Assembly (NCBI RefSeq): GCF_000354175.2
Contig: NC_022359.1
Span: forward strand, 420,001 to 452,000
Direction of reading: 5' to 3'
Length of the DNA stretch: 32,000 nt
DNA from: Vibrio alginolyticus NBRC 15630 = ATCC 17749
Lineage (GTDB): Bacteria; Pseudomonadota; Gammaproteobacteria; Enterobacterales; Vibrionaceae
The notes below the pieces were generated by a model. That model ran no database searches. It had not been told where the DNA came from and saw only the letters and a program-made list of their open reading frames with translations. Of this stretch, positions 9,239 to 15,539 are shown one piece after another (the first letter of the stretch is position 1; every line of letters starts with the position of its first letter). A program made the position numbers and the translations under genes.

Positions 9239-9277
9239 CGGAACGATTATAATCTTAAGCTAAATTACGGATTATGT
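9239..9277 (+). promoter_or_regulatory. candidate RctB 39-mer (rctA-type), GATC-free
   Basis: CGGAACGATTATAATCTTAAGCTAAATTACGGATTATGT. It shares the CGGAAC head, an internal CT-AAG core and a distal GAT-A with the element at 9624. It lacks GATC, as described for 39-mers. Exact boundaries are uncertain. Confidence 0.4.
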
Positions 9278-9341
9278 TAGACCAACCTAATTTAAACGAA
9301 AAATAGTAAGTAATATCGGAACAATAAAGACCTGAACACCT

Positions 9342-9810
9342 TGATCATGTCTCCGAGCAAAATAGGGCAGTTCCAGCGAAACATCTATGGAAGTATGATC
9401 AAGGTATACTTATGATCATGCTTCCGTGTTAATAAACAAATCCGAAAGCATGATCATGGAAAAATTGAGCAGAGTACGGTGTAAACACGCAAATAAAATA
9501 AGATCCATTAGTCGGAAATATGATCAAGCCTTAAAATCTCTCGGAAGCATGAGTTTTCTTCTCTGATTTACGGTTGAGTGCAGACAGAATGGGGGATTGA
9601 GCAGAAATTGACGGTATAGAAGCCGGAACAATGAAATTGCTCAAGTTGCTATGATAAATCACACTCTCATGATCATGCTTCCTGTAAATAAGCAGAGACT
9701 AGGATTTACTTCTAAATATGAGCGACTTGAATGTATTTTAATCAGATGAGTGATATCTCATCAATATGGACGCCAGAACGATAGATATATTGGCTCTTGA
9801 TCATCGATCC
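9342..9810. repeat. seven RctB 12-mer-type iterons of the incII-like region, in mixed orientation
   Basis: Forward copies: 9342-9354 TGATCATGTCTCC, 9413-9425 TGATCATGCTTCC, 9670-9682 TGATCATGCTTCC, 9798-9810 TGATCATCGATCC. Reverse copies: 9389-9401 GGAAGTATGATCA, 9444-9456 GAAAGCATGATCA, 9514-9526 GGAAATATGATCA. A degenerate GATC-less copy GGAAGCATGAG lies at 9544-9553. Confidence 0.8.
9624..9662 (+). promoter_or_regulatory. candidate RctB 39-mer (incII-type), GATC-free
   Basis: CGGAACAATGAAATTGCTCAAGTTGCTATGATAAATCAC. Followed 8 bp later by a perfect iteron at 9670. Resembles the element at 9239. Confidence 0.45.
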
Positions 9811-9875
9811 GAGTATAAATAACATCACCAATGCACAATATAATCATCGTGAAGATCATTATTAAATACTGCATC

Positions 9876-9884
9876 TGTGGATAA
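9876..9884 (-). promoter_or_regulatory. DnaA box (perfect TTATCCACA on the minus strand)
   Basis: Plus strand reads TGTGGATAA, 16 bp left of the first of the six phased iterons. A single DnaA box at this edge is a known oriCII feature. Confidence 0.85.
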
Positions 9885-9899
9885 CCTGTAAAAACATCA

Positions 9900-10026
9900 T
9901 GATCATCGTTTCAAGACTCTTTTGATCATCTTTTCATAACCTTAATGATCATGCTTACGAATAAATATGATCATGCTTTCAGGTTATTGTTGATCATACT
10001 TTCAGACTTCTTATGATCATAGTTCC
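9900..10026 (+). repeat. six direct, phased RctB iterons (12-mers) of the minimal origin
   Basis: TGATCATCGTTTC (9900), TGATCATCTTTTC (9923), TGATCATGCTTAC (9946), TGATCATGCTTTC (9968), TGATCATACTTTC (9991), TGATCATAGTTCC (10014). Spacings are 23, 23, 22, 23 and 23 bp, about two helical turns. Each copy carries a Dam GATC site. Confidence 0.9.
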
Positions 10027-10188
10027 GAAATAAATGGAAATAATAGTCTTATAGAACAAAAGCTTAGCGAAAAATTTCAAGCCAGATCATTAGATCATAT
10101 AATCAATTAAGATCAGATTAATCAAAAAGATCAGTTATTTAAAAAACAATCTTTTTTCTTTATTTATGATCTGTTTTTCTTTATTCTT
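10027..10188. other. AT-rich region / probable DNA-unwinding element, with AGATCA repeats
   Basis: Strongly AT-rich tract between the last iteron and rctB. Four AGATCA motifs have their GATC at 10085, 10093, 10111 and 10129. Also contains A/T homopolymer runs. Confidence 0.7.
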
Positions 10189-10217
10189 CGGAACCATAGC
10201 ACAACTACGGCTAGTGT
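10189..10217 (+). promoter_or_regulatory. candidate 29-mer (truncated 39-mer) RctB autoregulatory site in the rctB promoter/leader
   Basis: CGGAACCATAGCACAACTACGGCTAGTGT starts with the same CGGAAC head as the 39-mer candidates, is GATC-free, and ends 15 bp before the rctB ATG. Confidence 0.35.
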
Positions 10218-10231
10218 GATCTGGATCTAAA

Positions 10232-12202
10232 ATGACGGCTGATGAAAAAATTCTGATTAAAGCACCGAGAAGCCACAAAGATGGCCATCTTTTTGAGGTA
10301 CATGAATCCTCTGCGGATTGGGTAGAGCAGTACCAACATTTCAAAGGGGTGACCAAAAGCATCTTAGAGTTGCTTAATCTGATCTCATTACGAGGCTTCA
10401 GCAGCAAGGATGGTTTGGTTTCAACCACAGAGATTGTGGAAGCAACAGATGGGCAACTCACACGTGCAGCCTTGCAACAACGTTTGCGCGCGGCAGTAAA
10501 TATTGGTTTATTTACTCAAACTCCAGTGCGTTTTGAAGAGGGACTTGCTGGTAAAACGATGCTACATAAATTTGTGAATCCCAATCAGCTTATATCTGTG
10601 TTGGGAGCAACAAGTCTTGTTACCGACAAAGTTCGCCAGAACGAAAAACAAAAACGTTCGAAAGCATTGGCTCAGACTCAAGTAAACAAACGTTTGTTGA
10701 ATGAGCACGGGTTAAACACACCTCCCACGATGAAAGATGAAGCCGATCAATTTGTTGTATCTCCAACAAATTGGGCTGGGATCATTGACCAAGCACTTGC
10801 GCCACCAAGAACTCGAAAAAGTTATCAGAAATCCATGGTGTCGATCTCTGGCACAAAAGCCGTTATTGAGACGCGATCATCCAAAAATATCATGACTGTG
10901 GATGATCTCATGACCCTGTTCGCTCTCTTCACGTTAACGGTTCAGTATCATGATCATCACAAAGATCAGTATCAGCTTGATGCTGCTCACGTACCAAACA
11001 AAACGCCGCTATACATCACTGATATTTTGTCGCTCAGAGGCAAAAAAGACAGTGGCCCAGCTCGTGATTCCATTCGCGATAGCATTGATCGCATTGAATT
11101 CACTGATTTTCAGCTCCATGAACTTACTGGACGTTGGCTAAGTGAAAACATGCCAGAGGGCTTCAAAAGTGATCGTTTTCGTTTTCTTGCTCGAACCATC
11201 ACAGCCTCTGAAGAGGCACCAGTGGAGGGAAGCGATGGTGAAATTCGTATCAAGCCAAACTTATATATTTTAGTTTGGGAACCTTCGTTTTATGAAGAGC
11301 TGTTAACGCGCGATTATTTCTTCTTGTTCCCACCAGAAATCCTGAAACAGCATACGTTGGTGTTCCAGCTGTATTCGTTTTTCCGTAGCCGTATGGTGCG
11401 CCGACACACAGATTGCATGCTGTTGAGCGAGTTAAATCAGAAGCTTGCACGTAACATTGAATGGCGTCGGTTCTCAATGGATCTGATCCGTGAGCTGAAA
11501 CGCTTGTCAGACGGCAAAGGGACAGACGATCTTTTTGTGGTGAACTTATGGGGCTATCACTTAACGATCGAAACTATGATCGAGAATGATAAAGTGATGG
11601 ATTACCAGATCGACATCAAATGTGACGTCGAAGAGGTGCTGCGTTACTCACGTGCTCGTACAACCAACGCAGGCAAGCGCAACATGGCGCCTACGCTGCC
11701 AAACCCGCTTCGTAATGAGATGGTAACCCGACAGCAGCTTGAGGAGCTCTCAGGCATCATAGACGGCGAATTTGAGCCCATTCAACGCAAAGCACCGTCT
11801 CCAAGAGGAAATTTAGGGCGACGCGTGAAGCAAAGAAAACATTTGGTAGAGATCAATGCTGATGAGATCACCATTACTCTATCTAAATATACCTCACCAG
11901 AGGCTCTAGAACGCAGTATAACGGCTTTATCTGCGATGACAGGGCACTCGTATGCCTCAATCAAAGAAGAGTGCTCAGATTACATAGAGAAGCTCGATTG
12001 GCTAAGGGTAGGGGATGAGCCGATTCCTTATGAGACATTAAGTAAAACCGTCGAGCTGTTTAACACCCAGAACGATGTCAAGCATCTTACCATCGAGCGC
12101 TTGATTGCGGGGTTAGCGGTGCGTCGGAAAGTTTGTCGTCAAATCTTCGATGGTCACATGGATGAAATGGTATTTCGTGCCTTGGATGAAATGGCGATTT
12201 AA
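10232..12202 (+). CDS. rctB: chromosome-2 replication initiator RctB
   Basis: 656 aa, which matches my recollection of V. cholerae RctB (about 658 aa). Placement directly right of the iteron/AT-rich origin and opposite parAB2 is diagnostic of Vibrionaceae chromosome 2. Confidence 0.92.
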   Translation: MTADEKILIKAPRSHKDGHLFEVHESSADWVEQYQHFKGVTKSILELLNLISLRGFSSKDGLVSTTEIVEATDGQLTRAALQQRLRAAVNIGLFTQTPVRFEEGLAGKTMLHKFVNPNQLISVLGATSLVTDKVRQNEKQKRSKALAQTQVNKRLLNEHGLNTPPTMKDEADQFVVSPTNWAGIIDQALAPPRTRKSYQKSMVSISGTKAVIETRSSKNIMTVDDLMTLFALFTLTVQYHDHHKDQYQLDAAHVPNKTPLYITDILSLRGKKDSGPARDSIRDSIDRIEFTDFQLHELTGRWLSENMPEGFKSDRFRFLARTITASEEAPVEGSDGEIRIKPNLYILVWEPSFYEELLTRDYFFLFPPEILKQHTLVFQLYSFFRSRMVRRHTDCMLLSELNQKLARNIEWRRFSMDLIRELKRLSDGKGTDDLFVVNLWGYHLTIETMIENDKVMDYQIDIKCDVEEVLRYSRARTTNAGKRNMAPTLPNPLRNEMVTRQQLEELSGIIDGEFEPIQRKAPSPRGNLGRRVKQRKHLVEINADEITITLSKYTSPEALERSITALSAMTGHSYASIKEECSDYIEKLDWLRVGDEPIPYETLSKTVELFNTQNDVKHLTIERLIAGLAVRRKVCRQIFDGHMDEMVFRALDEMAI

Positions 12203-12417
12203 AAATGTCGCTTGATGTGTATCAAGCTATAGGTGTGATGTATCGGTTTGAAATGTAACAATGTCTTTCGATGATAAAAAACAGACTTAACTCTTACAAA
12301 CCACTGACATTAGAAGCCAAGCCTAATACTACTATTTATCCCGAATAGACAACCTTTTGTCCTTTCTGATGATTAATAGATTGGCTCATATTGTTACATT
12401 CATTCTGAATAGACTTC

Positions 12418-12450
12418 GCGAGTTTCTCCTCAGGAAACTCGCTTTTTTTT
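12418..12450 (+). terminator. strong Rho-independent terminator about 215 nt downstream of the rctB stop
   Basis: GCGAGTTTC (12418-12426) pairs with GAAACTCGC (12434-12442) around a 7-nt loop, followed by T8 (12443-12450). Confidence 0.85.
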
Positions 12451-12475
12451 ACCTAAAATTCCGCTAATTAAGCCT

Positions 12476-12488
12476 TGATCATTTTTCC
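12476..12488 (+). promoter_or_regulatory. ectopic iteron-like 13-mer downstream of rctB
   Basis: TGATCATTTTTCC, preceded by CCT. Same motif and orientation as the minimal-origin iterons. Confidence 0.5.
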
Positions 12489-12491
12489 GGA

Positions 12492-12959
12492 CTAATGAGG
12501 CAAACCTTGATCATGCTTCTTAGGTTCATTCCAATGTAATGAACGCATCAACGCAACATGTGATTCGATTAAGCTATGGGCTTGTTCCTGCCACTTGTTT
12601 TGATCACACTGCTGATTACAAAACTCTAACGCCACAACGGTGAGATGCTGAAGTCGTCTCAAACACCAATCTTTGATCAGAATATCAGTCGAGACTTGGC
12701 ATGCTGCTTGTTCAAGCTTTGCACTCGTATAAAGCAAAGTTTGATATGCTTTCTGAGGGTCTTGGTACCTTGCATGTTGAAACACGCGTAAACATCCATC
12801 CAACCAGCAAGCAATCGCTTTACTTTGAAGATCACTCAATTCGGGTCCAAACACGTCATCAGGCACCTGATATAAGATCGTTTCCAATTTTTCTACTTGA
12901 TCATGTTTCCGCTGTTCGTACCACATGGCGATTTGATCTTGCCAAGTACTCAAATCCAT
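12492..12959 (-). CDS. hypothetical protein (predicted all-helical, Cys/Trp/Gln-rich), translationally coupled to the upstream ABC ATPase gene
   Basis: 155-aa ORF. Its ATG overlaps the TAA of the preceding gene (TAATG, shared A at 12959). I recognise no family. Confidence 0.55.
   Translation of the reverse strand: MDLSTWQDQIAMWYEQRKHDQVEKLETILYQVPDDVFGPELSDLQSKAIACWLDGCLRVFQHARYQDPQKAYQTLLYTSAKLEQAACQVSTDILIKDWCLRRLQHLTVVALEFCNQQCDQNKWQEQAHSLIESHVALMRSLHWNEPKKHDQGLPH
12508..12520 (+). promoter_or_regulatory. ectopic iteron-like 13-mer in the 3' end of the 155-aa ORF
   Basis: TGATCATGCTTCT, preceded by CCT. Lies 32 bp from the copy at 12476. Confidence 0.5.
12898..12910 (+). promoter_or_regulatory. 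ectopic iteron-like 13-mer in the 5' part of the 155-aa ORF
   Basis: TGATCATGTTTCC, a full match to the origin consensus TGATCATNNTTYC. Confidence 0.5.
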
Positions 12960-13891
12960 TACGCTGCCTCAGTCCATTGTTTTACATAGTGATTTGGTCC
13001 TATTTGATCAAATTCGTCGACAATTATGCTGCTACGTTGACGAATTTCATCGGCATCTATCGAATAGTTTGGTTCATTTTTCACTAAGTTACCAAAAGGT
13101 AAGTCAGGATCAGGAACGGCAGAAATCAACAGCTTAGTATAAGGATGCTGCGGATTCTTAAGTATTGAATGCGTGTCGCCCCATTCAACGATTTGCCCTT
13201 TGTACATTACTGCGGTTTCTTCCGCGATGTAGTGCGCAGTCGCCAGATCATGAGTGATGTATAAAAAACCAATTCCCAGTTCTTGCTTCATTCGTTGCAT
13301 TAAATTCAACACTCCCAAGCGAATAGAAACATCCAGCATAGACGTAGGCTCATCCGCAAGAATGATTTGCGAACCTACCGCTAAAGCCCTTGCTAAGTTT
13401 ACTCGCTGACGTTGCCCACCACTGAGTTCGTGAGGGAACTTATTCAATGTCTCTTCAGGTAGTTCCACCAGCTTTAGGAGCTCTTCCAAGCGGGCTGGGA
13501 TGTCGCGCTCGTTTTTGACTTGTTTATGAATTTTTAAAGGACGTGTTAGGTGATGGCGAATGGTATGAGTTGGATTGAGAGAGCCAAACGGATCTTGAAA
13601 CACCATTTGTACTTTACTGCGATATTCTTGTAGAGCCGATCGTGACGTGATCTCATTTATGTCAGTGCCATTGAAAAGGATCTCGCCTTCCGTTGCAGGA
13701 TAGACTTTGGTTATTAAGCGAGCGCAAGTACTCTTACCGCAGCCTGACTCTCCAACCAAAGCCAAGGTTTTTCCTGCGTACAGATCAAAAGTCACTCCTT
13801 GAAGCGCACGAAAGGTTTCCTCTTTCGCTAAACCACCGCCCACTTTGAATTCTTTAATCACATTTTTCATTTGGATGATAGGTTGACTCAT
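12959..13891 (-). CDS. ABC transporter ATP-binding protein, Dpp/Opp (DppF/OppF-like) family
   Basis: 310 aa. Walker A GESGCGKST, signature LSGGQRQR, Walker B ILADEPTSMLD and a C-terminal oligopeptide-type extension (NPQHPYTKLL). An AAGGAG RBS sits in the end of the upstream gene. Confidence 0.85.
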   Translation of the reverse strand: MSQPIIQMKNVIKEFKVGGGLAKEETFRALQGVTFDLYAGKTLALVGESGCGKSTCARLITKVYPATEGEILFNGTDINEITSRSALQEYRSKVQMVFQDPFGSLNPTHTIRHHLTRPLKIHKQVKNERDIPARLEELLKLVELPEETLNKFPHELSGGQRQRVNLARALAVGSQIILADEPTSMLDVSIRLGVLNLMQRMKQELGIGFLYITHDLATAHYIAEETAVMYKGQIVEWGDTHSILKNPQHPYTKLLISAVPDPDLPFGNLVKNEPNYSIDADEIRQRSSIIVDEFDQIGPNHYVKQWTEAA

Positions 13892-13893
13892 GG

Positions 13894-14742
13894 TTACGCT
13901 CCTTGTAACTCTGGTTGTTTGTGGACGTCATGGATGTTTGGGAAAGAAGCCCATAGCTTTTGCGTGTAAGGGTGTTGAGGATGATTGCGTATATCGTATG
14001 CTCGATTGACTTCGACGATTTCTCCGTGACGCATGATTGCAATTCGATCACATAGTTGGCTCATGAGTGCCAGGTCATGAGTGATAAAGAGGACTGAAAA
14101 ACCGAACTCATCTCTAAGCTGATAAATTTGCTGTAAAATTTCTCGCTGTACCACTACATCTAATGCTGTTGTGGGTTCATCCATAATGATCAGTTTTGGA
14201 TTTAGAGACAAAGCAATGGCTATCACCAACCGCTGACGCATTCCTCCTGAAAATTGGTGAGGATATTCTGCTAAGCGTTCTCGAGGAATATTGACCAAGT
14301 CCAACAACTTTTCTGCTCTATCTTTTGCTTGAGCGTTAGTGAGGCCTTGATGGTGTCGTAACACATCTGCAAATTGCTCTTGTATCGTTAAGACAGGGTT
14401 GAGTGAGTTCATCGCGCTCTGGAACACCATGGCGATTTCACTCCACCTTAGAGCGGTCAGTTCAGAGTCTGAGATACTAAGGATATCTTTGCCATCAAAC
14501 CATATTTTACCGCCAGAAATGAACGCTGGCGGCTTATGAAGACGATTTATTGAGAATGCAATTGTGCTTTTACCACATCCAGATTCACCGGCAAGACCAA
14601 ATACTTCGCCTTTGCCGATATCAAAGCTGACGGACTTTACCGCATTAAAATCACCATTATCAGTGATGTAATCGACGCACAAATCTCGGATCTGGATGAC
14701 CGGGTCATTGTGGTATGCATGACTTAAGTTAATACCATCCAT
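13894..14742 (-). CDS. ABC transporter ATP-binding protein, Dpp/Opp (DppD/OppD-like) family
   Basis: 282 aa. Walker A GESGCGKST, signature FSGGMRQR, Walker B IIMDEPTTALD and C-terminal NHPQHPYTQKL. It is the first gene of the operon, with no permease or binding-protein gene upstream. Confidence 0.85.
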   Translation of the reverse strand: MDGINLSHAYHNDPVIQIRDLCVDYITDNGDFNAVKSVSFDIGKGEVFGLAGESGCGKSTIAFSINRLHKPPAFISGGKIWFDGKDILSISDSELTALRWSEIAMVFQSAMNSLNPVLTIQEQFADVLRHHQGLTNAQAKDRAEKLLDLVNIPRERLAEYPHQFSGGMRQRLVIAIALSLNPKLIIMDEPTTALDVVVQREILQQIYQLRDEFGFSVLFITHDLALMSQLCDRIAIMRHGEIVEVNRAYDIRNHPQHPYTQKLWASFPNIHDVHKQPELQGA

Positions 14743-14765
14743 ATAAACACCTTACCAATCTAAAA

Positions 14766-14784
14766 GATAATTATTATCATTATC
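14766..14784 (-). promoter_or_regulatory. Fur box overlapping the promoter of the ABC-ATPase operon
   Basis: Minus strand reads GATAATGATAATAATTATC, an 18/19 match to the classical Fur consensus GATAATGATAATCATTATC. It lies 24-42 bp upstream of the ATG at 14742. Confidence 0.75.
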
Positions 14785-15103
14785 AGGTGTGGCGGTTTTT
14801 AGAAAGTATCAAACTATGAATCAGTGAAGTGACTCGAAAGTTAGGTGAAACAGGAAGTGGTGTAATGCGTCGTTGATAAAACTAAAGAAGAGCAGAATTG
14901 AGAGCTAGATCAGCACACTTTTCGTAGGGGGAATTACTCAAATTTAATCGTAAATTTGTCCCTTGGCAAAACTTAAATGATGAATCTATTAAGGAGTTAA
15001 CGAAAGGGCGGGAGGGGTCACATTTCCCTACAGTTTTTCTTACCACCTTGTTCCGGTTTTGCTATAGATTACGCATCGAAAACATGGTGTGTTCGGAGGA
15101 AAT

Positions 15104-15301
15104 ATGTCCATTAATTCTATCGACCATGACGAGATGACCAACATCGCTCACAAATGGGAATTACCTGATGAGGAAACCGTTGTGAAGCCAGAGAAAACAG
15201 TGAAATCAGCAGAAGCCAGAAGACGCATTGAAGCGTTACGTGAGATCCGTGAAAGTGGGTTGACCATTGAAGAAGCAAGGGAGCTTGGCTTGATACACTG
15301 A
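15104..15301 (+). CDS. small charged hypothetical protein (65 aa)
   Basis: The ATG at 15104 is preceded by GGAGGA (15095-15100), whereas the track start at 15089 is a GTG without an SD. The ORF is followed by a strong terminator. The ARRRIEALREIRE motif reminds me of small PA3496-type proteins, but this is unverified. Confidence 0.55.
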   Translation: MSINSIDHDEMTNIAHKWELPDEETVVKPEKTVKSAEARRRIEALREIRESGLTIEEARELGLIH

Positions 15302-15329
15302 TCGCCTCAGGTTGGTTTAGCAACCCATA

Positions 15330-15360
15330 GGGTAGTCGACGGACTGCCCTTTTTATTTTT
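15330..15360 (+). terminator. Rho-independent terminator of the small ORF
   Basis: GGGTAGTC (15330-15337) pairs with GACTGCCC (15342-15349) around a GACG loop, followed by TTTTTATTTTTT. Confidence 0.85.
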
Positions 15361-15452
15361 TCACTCTATTACTCTCTTATTCAAACTCTCCATTTATCTG
15401 TCTTGCGCCTCAAAAGCACGAGTTTCACACTCACGTCCCGTCCCGAAGAAGT

Positions 15453-15481
15453 TTGACAATCTGACCTTGTGTTACTAGATA
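15453..15481 (+). promoter_or_regulatory. putative sigma-70 promoter of the NADAR-ribA gene
   Basis: Perfect -35 TTGACA (15453-15458), a 17-bp spacer and -10 TAGATA (15476-15481). Confidence 0.5.
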
Positions 15482-15539
15482 TATCAGTAGCGATATGCTT
15501 TTTGTTGATTATCGCAACCACAAAGCAAGGAGCGCAAGT

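Larger units (their letters stand above)
9200..10231. other. oriCII: oriCII: chromosome-2 replication origin, comprising an rctA/incII-like negative-control half (about 9200-9870) and a minimal-origin half (9876-10231)
   Basis: Non-coding 1.2-kb gap between parA2 and rctB. It holds 23 GATC sites in about 890 bp (random expectation about 3-4), iterons, a DnaA box and an AT-rich tract. The arrangement matches the described V. cholerae oriCII organisation. rctA transcript boundaries cannot be set from sequence. Confidence 0.9.

Noticed and set aside
10135-10461. 108-aa minus-strand ORF crossing the AT-rich origin region and the rctB start
   Set aside because: It lies antisense to rctB and runs through origin repeats with no RBS. 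It is a by-product of AT-rich sequence.
10943-10974. CAGTATCA direct repeat flanking TGATCATCACAAA inside the rctB coding sequence, considered as an internal iteron
   Set aside because: Only the TGATCAT half matches the iteron and the TTYC tail is absent. The pattern is explained by the coding sequence (..QYHDHHKDQYQ..).
12206-12292. Two mini-ORFs after rctB (17 and 9 codons, both starting MS-L/F-D)
   Set aside because: They lack an SD sequence and are too short to evaluate. They are more likely part of the structured 3' region reported as a finding.
14785-15040. Possible Fur-regulated small RNA (RyhB-like) transcribed rightward from the Fur box
   Set aside because: No convincing intrinsic terminator or conserved RyhB core is visible. 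The T-run at 15034-15038 is preceded only by a weak 4-bp stem. The Fur box is ideally placed for the minus-strand ATPase operon instead.
15361-15539. Possible FMN riboswitch upstream of the ribA fusion
   Set aside because: The predicted promoter leaves a leader of only about 50 nt. I could not see the conserved FMN-element helices or sequence blocks.
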